Positions 26,052 through 38,540 of a DNA stretch of 64,000 bases are shown one piece after another. The position numbers and the translations under genes were made by a program. The first letter of the stretch is position 1; each line of letters begins with the position of its first letter. This DNA is from Leucoraja erinacea (taxonomy: Eukaryota): NCBI RefSeq assembly GCF_028641065.1, contig NC_073401.1, forward strand, positions 20,522,001 through 20,586,000, written 5' to 3'. The notes below the pieces were generated by a model, which was not told where the DNA came from, did no database searches, and saw only the letters and a program-made list of their open reading frames with translations.

Positions 26052-26182
26052 TGTGGACAGTCTGAACTGGACATGGAAACTGTGAAAAGTATCCTCGCTG
26101 AATATAAAATCCACAATGCTGACATCACATTACGAGGCGATTCAACAGCGGATGACCTGATAGATGTGGTTGAAGGTAATCG
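26052..26182 (+). CDS. DRG1: DRG1 exon 6
   Basis: [43 protein letters not shown](R); 131 nt. Confidence 0.96.
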
Positions 26183-26479
26183 GTAAGCATTCTGCAGTAG
26201 CATCTGCATCAGGTGTTGCCCTTGATTCAAAAGACGGATTATCATTTAAATGGTGAGAGACTGTAAACGAGGGATCTGGGTGCTCTTGTGTGTGAAGTAA
26301 TGGCAATGTGACCTTTGTTGCCATAGAGAAGCCACACCTTGACTACTGTGTATGTGGAAATCAAAAACCTGCAGAGGCTGAAATAAAAGAATAAACTGCT
26401 GGAAACATTGAGCAGGTCCAGGCAGCATCTGTTGAAGGAGAAACCAAGTTAACAACACATAGAAGATATTTCATCAGAA

Positions 26480-26985
26480 CTATGCAGTTTGGTCTCCTTA
26501 CTTAAGAAATAATGTAATAGAATTGGAGGCTGCCCAAAAAGATTCACTGGGCTAATTCCTAGGATGAGAGGGCTGTTCTATCATGAATGATTATAAGTGT
26601 TAGATGAGTATTCTTTGGAGTTTAGAAGAATGAGGGACTATCATATTGAAACATATGAGACCCGGAGGGAGACTGACCGGGTAGATGTTGAGATGATGCC
26701 TCTAAAAGGAGGATCTTGAATGACGAGACATTGTTGAATGAGAACAGGGGCCATCGTGTAAAAATTACTGCAAGGAATTTCTTCTTGTGGAGAGGGGTGA
26801 ATTTGTGGAAATCTCTACCCCAATGTTGGGGTATCACCAGAGTTATTTAAATAGGAGATAGATGCATTTTTAGACACTGGTGAATTGAGGACAATGGAGA
26901 ACTGGCATCGGAGTTGAGGCCTGGGACAGATTATATTGAATGCGAAACAACCTTGAGAGGCCAGATGGCCTGCTCCTATTTTCTG
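26480..26985 (+). mobile_element. CR1-type LINE remnant
   Basis: gcagttttggtctccttacttaag, ctttggagtttagaagaatgaggg, ggtgaatttgtggaa motifs. Confidence 0.75.
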
Positions 26986-27024
26986 ACGTATTTGGGCTTC
27001 TAACCCAATAAAGCATTGATCTCA

Positions 27025-28097
27025 GTGTTCAAGAAGGAACTGCAGATGCTGGAAGATCGAAGGTACACAAAAATGCTGGAGAAACTCAGCGGGTGCAGCA
27101 GCATCTATGGAGCGAAGGAAATAGGCAACGTTTCGGGCCAAAACCCTTCTTCAGACTGATGGGGGGTGGGGGGGGGGGGAGAGAAGGAAGGAAAAAGGGA
27201 GGAGGAGGAGCCCGAGGGCAGGGGGATGGGAGGAGACAGCTCGAGGGTTAAGGAAGGGGAGGAGACAGCAAGGGCTAGCAAAACTGGGAGAATTCAACGT
27301 TCATGCCATCCGGACACAAGCAACCCAGGCGGAATATGAGGTGCTGTTCCTCCAATTTCCGGTGTTGCTCACTCTGGCAATGGAGGAGACCCAGGACAGA
27401 GAGGTCGGATTGGGAATGGAGGGGGAGTTGAAGTGCTGAGCCACCGGGAGTTCAGGTAGGTTATTGCGGACTGAGCGGAGGTGTTCGTCGAAACGATCGC
27501 CCAACCTCCGCTTAGTCTCCCCGATGTAAATCAGCTGACATCTAGAGCAGCGGATGCAGTAGATGAGGTTGGAGGAGATACAGGTAAACCTTTGTCGCAC
27601 CTGGAACGACTGCTTGGGTCCTTGAATGGAGTCGAGGGGGGAGGTGAAGGGACAGGTGTTGCATTTCTTGCGGTTGCAATGGAAAGTGCCCGGGGAGGGG
27701 GGTGGTACAGGAGGGAAGGGAAGAATTGACAATTGAGTTGCGGAGGGAGCGGTCTTTGCGGAAGGCAGACATAGGGGGAGATGGGAAGATGTGGCGAGTG
27801 GTGGGGTCACGTTGGAGGTGGCGGAAATGGCGGAGGATTATTTGTTGTATTTGCCGGCTGGTGGGGTGAAAGGTGAGGACTAGGGGGACTCTGCCCTTGT
27901 TGCGAGTGCGGGGATGGGGAGAGAGAGCAGTGTTGCGGGATATGGATGAGACCCTGGTGCGAGCCTCATCTATGGTGGCGGAGGGGAATCCCCATTCCCT
28001 GAAGAACGAGGACATTTCCGATGCCCTGGTGTGGAACGTCTCTTCCTGGGAGCAGATGCGGCGTAGGCGGAGGAATTTGGAGTAGGGGATGGAGTCT
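27025..28097 (-). mobile_element. Penelope-like retroelement, 5'-truncated, with GIY-YIG endonuclease
   Basis: NLIYCIRCSRCQLIYIGETKRRLGDRFDEH...VAQHFN and upstream VPLVLTFHP in a different frame; TTGATCTCA duplicated at 27016-27024 and 28098-28106; CpG still abundant. Confidence 0.92.
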
Positions 28098-29104
28098 TTG
28101 ATCTCATAATGCTTATTAATATTCGAGTTTCAGAATGCATTGTTAACCCATCTTAAAATGTTCATCTCCCATAGAGACACACTGATTTTTGTCAGTGGGT
28201 CGTTTACCTGATTGCTGAAAGATTAAAGGGTAATTGTCTCACTATCCACATTGCCCAGATCTCTCATCATGTTGTGTCCTTCTAACAAATTTACGCTAAG
28301 CCTTTTTGAAAAAAACAGCTATAACCTCTCTAGTCTATCTATGCAGTCCATTATCCCAGGGATGATTTTTGTAAACCTTTCCTGGGCCCTCTCTAATGCC
28401 TGCATATCCATCCTATAATATTTTGAACTGAATTTAGGGTGCACAGTGCACTCACCTGCAGTAGGGATAACGCACATTGGCCAATTAATTTACCAATAAG
28501 TACGTCTTTGGTTTGTTGGAGCAATTCAATCCACTAGTAATTTGTTGGCATTCTTATTTCCAAGCCCCTAATTTGTATAATCTGTAAATTTTGACAATTT
28601 ATTCTTGATTCCAGATCGTTAATGTAAATGTGAAGAGCTGTGGAACACATCATCTTTACAAATAAATGCATTTTACTCTTACACTTTACTTTTATTCTCA
28701 ATCCATTCTGCCATGTGTTTCCCGGCTGTGCATTCTCTGAACTTATTCATTTGTCTCATTGATTGAAAATCTGGATATAATTATTTTTCATATTTTCATT
28801 CACTGCTCCCTCTAATACTTAAATCTTCCATAATTTTAGTCATGTAAGATTTTCCAATTTATAATCCATTCTCACTTTATTTTTTGTTCATCCTTGTATT
28901 ACTTTGTGCAGTATATATATATATTATAAAAGATTGTAAGCCATTAACTGAACATCCAGAATTGTAATAGTCATTTTATAATTTAAAAAAAATATACCTG
29001 TATGATATTTTAGCTTAAGTAATTCCATGCCTGCATAATATGAGCGTTGGCAAGCCTTGGCTGGACTAACGTGCAGACTCAAAGTCCTGTTTTCTCCACT
29101 TCAG

Positions 29105-29272
29105 GGTGTACATGCCATGCATTTATGTTCTGAACAAAATAGATCAGATCTCTTTGGAGGAATTGGATGTAATTTATAAAATACCACACTGCGTACCAAT
29201 TTCTGCACATCACCGTTGGAACTTTGATGATCTCCTGGAAAGGTTATGGGACTACTTGCAACTCGTTCGCAT
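29105..29272 (+). CDS. DRG1: DRG1 exon 7 (G4 NKID, G5 ISA)
   Basis: [21 protein letters not shown]...[26 protein letters not shown]; 168 nt. Confidence 0.96.
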
Positions 29273-29367
29273 GTAGGTAACATTTTGAGTGATGACTGAT
29301 TCACATAGTTTTTTTTTTACTGTTGGTATGCGTTGATGATAAATGGTTTGAAATGTTATTGTTGCAG

Positions 29368-29490
29368 TTACACAAAACCCAAGGGGCAGTTACCTGATTA
29401 CACTTCCCCTGTTGTGCTACCACATAGGAAAACTGCAGTTGAAGATTTCTGCATGAAAATTCATAAAAACCTAATTAAGGAATTCAAATA
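29368..29490 (+). CDS. DRG1: DRG1 exon 8 (TGS domain)
   Basis: [40 protein letters not shown]; 123 nt. Confidence 0.96.
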
Positions 29491-29609
29491 GTAAGTAATC
29501 CTTCTTCAATTGTGATCATAGTCAAGGTGTTTGGTATAAAATGCGAGATGCAACATGCCGAATGTGTCAGGAAGTGCTTTTGGTAATTAGTTTTTTTTTC
29601 CTGTTCCAG

Positions 29610-29709
29610 TGCTTTGGTGTGGGGTGCCTCTGTGAAATACAATCCACAGAAAGTTGGCAAGGACCATGTGATGGAAGACGAGGATGTAATTCAGATAGTC
29701 AAGAAGTAA
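29610..29709 (+). CDS. DRG1: DRG1 exon 9 (last coding exon)
   Basis: [32 protein letters not shown] then TAA. The nine exons sum to 1101 nt = 366 aa plus stop. Confidence 0.97.
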
Positions 29710-29903
29710 AATAGGCCATGATTTTCATTCTTCATCAAAGTTCCTTTATCCTGTTTCCCTGATTATATTGATTTCTGTCACACTCTGCGTGTCAGGATTG
29801 GGACTGTGCACCTCCCTTTGCCCAAACTGCAGCCAGTGTTTCATCCAAAATAGTTACACGTGGAAACAAAAGACTTTTTCCAATGCAATTGTACAATTCA
29901 TCC

Positions 29904-29909
29904 ATTAAA
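29904..29909 (+). terminator. Candidate DRG1 polyadenylation signal (ATTAAA)
   Basis: ATTAAA about 195 nt after the stop; an AATAAA at 30513-30518 is an alternative. Confidence 0.4.
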
Positions 29910-32699
29910 AGACTATTGGAACATTGCAACTGAGTACTAGAATGGAATATTAACTGTACCTAGCGTTTTGACAGTATTACAATAAGTAGCAATAATATTG
30001 CTTCTATAACTTCTTGCAAAGAGATGGTCAAATACACTACTAATTGAAATTAAGATTCGGGTTGCTCTCCCAATGTACAGGGGTTTATTGAAGAGCAAAG
30101 TGGCATCTTGAACATATTTTTCCTCGTATGATTAGGAGTGTCAAAATTGCTGCACAAGTGTCAATAACCCTGACTTTTCTGTACAATTTATCATTTAATT
30201 AGTCATCTTCCCCAATATGCACATGGATTAACTGCTGTCGCTGGTATTCATGCGAGTGCTCTAAAGAAACCAACCCTGTTAATCTGCCACGTGTAAGGGG
30301 GGGGGGGGGGGGGGGGGGGAGAAGAAGAGAAAGTGTGTCAAGCAGCACTGTTTTGGTGCAGATTTTCATACAGACACACATTTCAAACTGTACCAAGATG
30401 GTATGGAGTGTATTTTTCACAAAAAAATATTCTAGTCCTTGTACTCATCTCAGAGCTAGCTATCAGGCTATTGAAAACCATGCAAAAAGTAATTCTCTCT
30501 AGCGTTCCAGGAAATAAATAACTAAAGAGAGACAATCAGATCCACTAATTTGACGTAATTAAATTTGTGTGCAACTGAGTTTAGAATTGTATGAGACATT
30601 TAATTGTTTAGAATGTGATCTTTGGAGTGTGGGAGGAAATTGGAGCAACATACAGACTCCGTACCAACAGCACACAAAGTCAGAATCTAACCCAGGCCTC
30701 TGGTGCTGTAAGACAGCAATACTGCCCAGAACACCTTTTAAGTGTAGTCAAAACAAGTGATAACAATTTCAGTAGCATTGACATCAACAAACCAGTTTAT
30801 CTAGAAATAGTCCAGCAGCACTTTATGGTGAAACAGTTTCACCTGCTCTCTGGTGCATTCATGTCCCTACTGCTGTTGAGTTGTGTGGCCATTTGGGTGT
30901 TTCTAGTACTGACCCTGTGGCAAAGATATCATCTAAGGAAGTTCACTGCAATTAAGATATTTAAAAAAAAAAGGGATTTGGAGGCACAGAGCTTGAAAAC
31001 AGCACAATTGTGCTTGACTTTAATCACAGGTTAGGCTCCAGATGACATTGCATCTAATTACAGAAATAAATGTGGATAAAATGTAATTTGGTTGGGTGCA
31101 ATTATGAATGGGGTTTGCTGGAAGGTCAAGGGGGGGGACATTTTGAAACTGAAAATAAGATTGTTAGAGCAGAGCAGCAGAACTAATTGTAATTGATAAA
31201 CATTCTACAGGTATTAGCAAAACCAATTAAACTTATTTTTTGGGTTGAGTAGAGAAACAATTTGATATAGAATACACACAGAAAGGATGTGTGGATTTTT
31301 ATAATGTCTTTCACAAAATAAATGAATGCGACCTGCAGTGGAATAGCAGAAGTGAGATAACTATTTAGATTTTTCCTTTGCTGTAGATTTCTGATCACTT
31401 CTATGTGGTTTGCCAATGGCCCCTGTGATTATCACCATCCTTGCCTTGCCTAAAAACATACTTCAAACTTTTAACATAATTTCAACCCATGAAGGTATTG
31501 TTTCAGAAACCAGGAAAGAATATTGGCTCAAATTTCTTCTTTCATTTGATGCATTGATTTGGAATGCTCAAAGAAAGCATACCCATGAAAATAATTTTGA
31601 AAGAAAAAAAATCCCATTGATTAAAAAGCAACTCAGTGGATCAGGCAGCATCTCTGGAGAAAAGGAATAGGTGAAGTCTTTAGAAAAGTCTCGACCCAAA
31701 ATGTCACCTATACATTTTCTCCAGAGATGTTGCTCAACCCCGGAGTTACTCCAGCTTTTTGTGTCTATCTAAGGTTTAAACCAGCATCCTTCATACAGAC
31801 TATTGGTTAAAAGTTGGATGTGTTAAGTCCAACTGCAAAAAGATTTAGAAAGGATTAAATGGACATTCGATGAGTAAAGGCACTTAAGTTATCTGAGACC
31901 CCAGTGGAAGAGGAATTGCTGAAAACATGAAGCAAGCCTTGGACGAAGCAGGATTGAAAGTGCCGATTTCTGCCTTAAATTGCAAAATATCGAAGAAATA
32001 GTGTAACACAAGCTTTTCTAAGTTTAAGATGTGACCGTATTGAAATTCAGCAGAGTTTCACTGGAGCCTGAATAAGGTTCCTAATCTGAAATGTGTAAGA
32101 AGGAACTGCAGATGCTGGTTTAAACTGAAGATAGACACAAAACGCTGGAGTATCTCAGCGGGACAGGCATTTGTCAGCTCTGGGGAGAAGGAATGGGTGA
32201 CATTTCGGGTTGAGACCCTTTTGATCTGAAATATTGTCTGTCTATTGCCTGATGTGCTGAGTTCTCCCAGCACTTTGTTAGCTCAAGAATCTTGCTAGTC
32301 ATTTTTGATATTGGACATGGCCTTGACAATTCAGTTAAATGTCTGAGGGACACTTAAAATTGTTAGTTTGGGAATAATATACATAGAAGCCTCCATTGTG
32401 AGCTTCTCACTCAATACCCTAGCTCTACCCAACTCAACTTGCAGATCATGACCAGTATACCGAGACTGGTGAAAGCAATAGAAACAGATTTATAATGTGT
32501 TCTAGTTAAAATTTTAGATAAAATATCTGGATCACTTGTAGCATACCCAATTTCCTTCAAAATCAAAATGTAGTCAGGAGTCTGAAACACCAAGTGTAAT
32601 GACGTGGTTTATGGAATTAGTAGATATGTGTCAGTTCAGATATCAAGGCAATTAACAGTTGTACGAGTTGTACAGAAACAAACAGTAGTGGTAATGTTC

Positions 32700-34330
32700 A
32701 GGATGCCATAATTGGGCAATTAGAATATAGACAGTAAGGGTCATAATTAATTATGGATGACTAATCCACGCACTGATTGGGCTAGCCAAATTAATAGTAA
32801 GACTGAGAGGGGGATTTGCTGAAGTAGACTCAGGATGATTTTCTGGATCAATACATTGACAAGCCATCTAGAAAGTAGGCCATCTGACACTGGGTAATAA
32901 AAAAACATTAATACATCTGGTTCCACTAGGGGGAGCAAGCATGATAGAATTCTTCATTAAGGCAGAATGGTGTAGTGGATTCCAACATGATCATGAATCT
33001 AAAGAATGGAAATTGCATGGTACGAGAGCATGGTTAGGATAGTCTGGGGAAGATTACTGAAGCACACGATCCTTAGGTTTGATGTCTCCGTTAGAGGGAT
33101 ACTATCAAATTAGGGTATATAGTAATAAAATTAGGGGGTGGTCATTAAAATATTTAAAGATAACAACTTCATGCGAAGGGTTGTGGAGGCCAACATAAAG
33201 TGGACTATTTCTAAAGATCAGGGAATTGATGGCTTTGGAGAACAATTCGCTATAAAATAGTTATGGATAAGGACAGGGCTGCTACACAACTTAAAATTCT
33301 ATATTGGGACAAGGCTAACTTTGGTGGTATTAGATAGGAACTTGCAAAAGTTGATTGGAGTAGGTTGCTTTTCACTGTACCTCAGTACACATGAAAATAA
33401 ACTAAACTGAAGTCGGGTAAGGAACTATGGATGAGAGAAATTGAGCTCCTGGTCAGGAAAAAGGAAGCATGGTTTAGATATAGACACCTGGGATTGTGTA
33501 TCCACGGGGAAGGATAGGGGATTGAGAAGAATATTTCAGGAAATCAGGAGGACAAAAAGGCAGGGGATACCATTGGCAGATAAGATTAAGAAGAATCTAA
33601 AGTGATTTTATTAGCCTATTAAGGGAAAAGGAAAATATTGACTAGAGTGAGAATAGGGCCCCTCAGAAACCAAAGTAGTAATCTTTGTAATGCCACAGAA
33701 GATGGGAAAGGTTCTCAACAAATATTTCTCCTGATTTAACGGGAGAAAGGCATGAAGACTAAGGAACATGGATGTTAATGGAAATCAAGAACACTGAGAA
33801 GAGAGAAGAAATTGCAGGAAATAGGCACAAAATGCTGGAATAACTCAGCAGGAAAACATCTCTGGAGAGAAAGAATGGGTGATAAAGACAAAGAAAACAG
33901 GTGCAGGAGGAGGCCATTCAGCCCTTCGAGCCAGCACCGCCATTCATTGCAATCATGGCTGATCGTCCCCAATCAATAAACCGTGCCTGCCTTCTCCCCA
34001 TATCCCTTGATTCCACTAGCCCCTAGCACTCTAACTCTATCTATCTATTGTTTTCGGTCGAGACCCTTTTTCACACTAGAGTCAGAGGAAAGAGAAATGT
34101 TTCCCCTAACTCCAATCTGAAGGGTCTCCAGCATTTTGCTGGAGTTGCTCCAGCGTTTTCTATCTATCTTTGGTTTAAACCAGCATCTGCAGTTCCTTTC
34201 CATGGAAATTACAGGAATCCTGGCTGAGAAAAATGAATCATCGTTAGACATAGGCAAGGTGTTGGGCAACTGGAGGATGGTTAACGTTGTGCCTGTATTT
34301 AAGAAGGACTGCAAAGAAAAAGCAGGAAAC
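32700..34330 (+). mobile_element. Fragmented old CR1-like LINE with nested SINE/Penelope-derived insertions
   Basis: WRMVNVVPVFKKDCKEKAGN (CR1 RT N-terminal motif) at about 34270 and other decayed ORF2 blocks. Confidence 0.7.
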
Positions 34331-35107
34331 TAATCTGTAATATATCTAGTGTAATATTATTGGTAACAGGTCTGACAAGTTATTGTATTGTTAAGTACCG
34401 CTGAGATCAGCTCAACAAAGCTTCGAGTCTCAAGGGAAACACATCCCTTTAAGATGTAGATCTTTAAATAGTAATACCTAAATCAGAATACAGTTAAGCT
34501 CTGAATGTAGAGCTTAAACTATACTAGTGCAGTACTGGGTTACTGTACCATTAAAAAAATATTAATGCCCCAACTTCCTGCCCTCAGTTTAATGTGACCA
34601 CTTGTGGCACTATTAAGAAAAACATTCTCACAAGTCTGAAGAAGGGTCTCGACCAGAAACATCACCCATTCCTTCTCTCCAGAGATGCTGCCTGCCCCGC
34701 TGAGTTACTCCAGTTTTTGTGTGTCTACTGTCACTCAGGTTTTGGGCAGTTTGAACCACAGCTGCCTCATTGTAACACTGCTCTGCATAGTTGACTCCCT
34801 ATTGACATTAGTAATTACTAGTTAAAAGTGCAGGATGCTGAAGATACTATCTTGATGAAAGTTTGTCATTCTTCACGATTGATGTCCCGATATCAGATCC
34901 CATATGTGCAGCACATTTACGCAGCCACTTGTTTAAACATGGAGGTATTTGCATCCGCTTTTGTAGTTGGCACGTCGATATTTTGCCTTGGCTTGGGACC
35001 GATTTTTCCAAAGCACTGACAAAATTCTAAATTAAAAGGTGTATTGCAATTTGGGAAAAACCATCAACTTAGATTAATTGGAAGACACTTAAACATTGAA
35101 TTGATAT

Positions 35108-35113
35108 TTTATT
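35108..35113 (-). terminator. Candidate EIF4ENIF1 polyadenylation signal (AATAAA)
   Basis: TTTATT on the + strand, at the end of a repeat-free 1.1-kb stretch downstream of the stop codon. Confidence 0.55.
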
Positions 35114-36207
35114 ATCATTTTGAAAATCACCTTTGTGCTTTTCCCTTCCCTAAAACAACAAATTCCAGCAGACATGGATCACATTACTGAACAATGCAAA
35201 GCAGAGCTTTACAGTGTGGTGAAGGGACAGTACATTAAATTGTGTTTGGGAGGTGAAGGAGTAAAGATAGCATTTTAGCCACAGAACCAAAATAAAAGGC
35301 ACAAAAAACACTACTTCCTGAACACTGGAGGCAACATCTCATCTGTACGGGTAATGGGGGCCTTCACGTCAAACTGGTAAGCAAATTTACAACTCCAAAG
35401 CACTCAACCAACTTTTTGCAAAAAGAAAGTTACCAAATTCAAGCCCGTCTCCCCTATCCCCATCCAATCCAAGCAGTCCTTGTGGTCTTCAGGGTCAACG
35501 AGTAGGGATGACTTCACATTGAAGACTTGGTTCCCAGCTTAATAGCAATAAACTGGATCCAATTTGACCTAGTTTTTCCAAACAAAAAGTTTTGTGTTTT
35601 CTGCTATTTCTTGCTCCCAGCATTAAATCAAATCTAGTATATACACGACATTCCCAGTACAGAGTTGCCTGCTTAATTACTACCTACTGGTCACTATTCA
35701 CAGGCCTGCTCAGGAACCATGTAGTGCATATGAAATAAAAATATTCATGCTGCCAAATTCCACAAAAAAAACTACAAAATGTCAGCAAAACTGGTGTACA
35801 AGTCGTTGCATTCATCGTTCCTGCAGTTTTATGTACAGTTAGCCACTGCATATATGTACAGATGTGAGCAGTGTTATTTTACACAAGTTTCTGTACACAA
35901 GATCTATACAATTCTCCAGGTGGCCTACATTTGTAAAACCCCTCAAAACCCACTTTTTGCTGCTCTCACTGGATTCTTAAAAGTATCCAATGTTCAAGAC
36001 GAGCATTTGCCACAGATTAACTTTCTCCACCTATCTGACTGTTAGGATTTTGTTGTACTGCCAAGTAGCTTTTTCCCCCAGTCAAGGGATCAGGAAACAC
36101 TGGGTAACAAACAAATCCACCCTCGGGGCCATCCCCATGTACTTTGATTCCAGCAGCTCATTCTTTAAACTGTACCATCTTTGCAAATATTTTATATTGT
36201 CACACTT

Positions 36208-36413
36208 CTACTGATGGAGTTCAAGTTCATCCACACTGATCACCTTGCTGGGCATAGAGGGCAATGGCTGTTGAAGGACATCACTGCCGAACCACTTGGA
36301 GAGATTGACAGGAGATCCACTTCTCTGATGGAGGGGCTGCAGTGTGGAATTCTGCTGGTTCAGATGGAGGTGGGCTCCAGGTCCTTGGCCACTTGTACTT
36401 GGTGACTGCAGCA
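36208..36413 (-). CDS. EIF4ENIF1: eIF4E nuclear import factor 1 (4E-T), last coding exon
   Basis: (V)LQSPST...QRSGSPVNLSKWFGSDVLQQPLPSMPSKVISVDELELHQ*, matching the conserved 4E-T C-terminus; acceptor ctcag. Confidence 0.95.
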
Positions 36414-38139
36414 CTGAGATAAAGGAAAAATATTTGAAGTAAAATGCATCAAACCCAAGAACCATAGATACTCATCCAGGTAAGTGTAGAGTATTCATGC
36501 CAGTATCTTGCAGCTGGTGGAATAGTTGTGGATGTCAGGAACAATGACCCATCATAGAAGACCCAATTGTTAGAGGCACACATTACACAACTGATCCCTT
36601 TGTTGACATAAGGAACCAAGGAGTCTCTCCTGCAAACCCATCTAGGATACTGTTATCAAGGACATAAAAATGGTAATGTCACTGATGTCATGGATAGGGG
36701 TAGTTAGAATTGTGGAGACATTGGTTGGCACTGTGGGGATTTGTCTGGGCTCCATTGCATAACTAAGTTGCAAATGGAATTGAACAGCACAATAAGCAAA
36801 TTATCCAATTATGATAGAATGTTAAAGCAGTCACTGACAATAGTTGGGCCGCAGACTTTGCTCATGGAGCTCCCGGCCCAGTTCCCATTTGCTTTTCAAT
36901 TTTGTCAAGTCGGGTGAGAGGAAAGGAAGAGATACAAGGGCTGCTGTTCCCAATTTCAGCCTTTGTCTCAAACTGGATCTAAACTGAATTCGGAAGTGGG
37001 AGTGCTCTCCCCGAGAGCAAGGCAGCTTGTGTGTGACAGAGCATTGGCAACACTTAGGTCAAGAGAAATTAAGGGGAAAAAGCTCTAGAAGTACTGCTTT
37101 GCATAAAGCAAAATGGCTGTTGGAGGTTGATCATTGAGACCTCAACATAAAGTGCTGCTCTATCATGTATCCTTTTCATATGGACAGGATTCAGCTGTGC
37201 AAATTTCCCTTGATTGGGTGGATTCCAATAATTCAATTGCCAGCTTAGTTTACAACAATGGCATGTTTAAAGATCAAGTACTCAAAACCAACACAAAGCT
37301 TATTTCTTCCGGTCCCACCTTCCCGTATGCTTGAGACATGGACAATCTCAACATTGGAGTACCATCTTCTCAATCTCAAGCCATTGACCAGGTACTCAAC
37401 ATCCTCCATCTAACTGCACAAAATAGCACGCAGCAAGCTACTCTCTGTGACTGGACTTTGTGCCTTCCCCCACAGTGGGAACCTCTGTGGGGTGTTGTTT
37501 TATGTTTTAATGTTAAACTTCTTGAATGCTATGTTGTATTTTTATTAGTGTGCTGCAAGGACATCTGAATTTCCCCCGAATAAGGGGATTAATAAAGTAA
37601 TAATCTAATCTAATCTGTGGCCAACAACAGAATCAAAATAGCATTAAATCCCAGTTTGTGATGAGTTATCATGGAGTTCCTAGTTCCTCAAAGGCAATCC
37701 AAAAACAAAAGTAGCTGATACTCCAGCTAATCAGTGGCAGCGTCTGTAGATCACTCCTAGGACTATTCTTTGAGTTGATGTGGAAGTTGTCACTGTTCGA
37801 GGAGGGATTTGATGATGATTACAGAACAGCTGCTTACATAACTGGTTCTGAAGCCACAGTCTACTGCAGCCAAAACTGCAAACAGCTGTCCCCAATCCCA
37901 TTGGTCAAAACCCTCACACTTTGGTTCACATCTTCAAAACCATAACATTTTTGAGCAGCGTCTTATTCTCCATTCTAACTAATGCTCTGCGGTCACCTTC
38001 CATGGCGCATAATGCCATTCACTACTCCAGTTTAGTACTCTTGCCTCCAAATTTCCAGAGTTACAAATTGTGGAATAATCAACAGCTGTTAAAATGTTTT
38101 TACTGACTCTAAACAGCAATTTGATAAAGATCAAAATGT

Positions 38140-38540
38140 TGTTAATGCGGAAAGGGTGCAGAGAAGATTGAGGATGTTGCCAGGACTAAAGGGCGGGAGC
38201 TATAAGTAGGCTAGGACTACTTCTTGGAGCCGAGGAGGAAAAGGGGTGATTTTATAGAGATGTGCAAGATCGAGGGGAATAGATAGGTTCCTATTAAATC
38301 TTTCGCCCCTCACCCAGAGAGGTCATTAAAAAATTATTTTTTTTTAAAGGGCAGTGGGCATATGGAACAAGCTGCCAAAGCAGGTAGTTGAAGCAGGTAG
38401 TTGAGGCAGGTAGTCCAAGTACATGGATAGGATGGGGCTAGAAGGATATGGGCCAAATGCAGGCATGGGTGACTAGTGTAGATGGAGCACGTTAGTCAGC
38501 ATGGGAAAGTTGGGCCCATTTCCACACTTTATGACTATGT
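38140..38540 (+). mobile_element. CR1-type LINE 3' remnant
   Basis: gaaagggtgcagagaagatt...ggatatgggccaaatgcaggc...atgactatg tail. Confidence 0.75.

Noticed and set aside
29273-29367. C/D-box-like motifs (GTGATGA, CTGA, TTGATGA) in the 95-nt DRG1 intron 7
   Set aside because: No terminal D box or closing stem, and CTGA directly abuts the C box, so a snoRNA is not supported.
34828-35030. CpG-containing coding-looking stretch below the EIF4ENIF1 poly(A) signal
   Set aside because: The three minus-strand frames close within about 55 codons, the 63-aa plus-strand ORF is unrecognisable, and none resembles a known protein.
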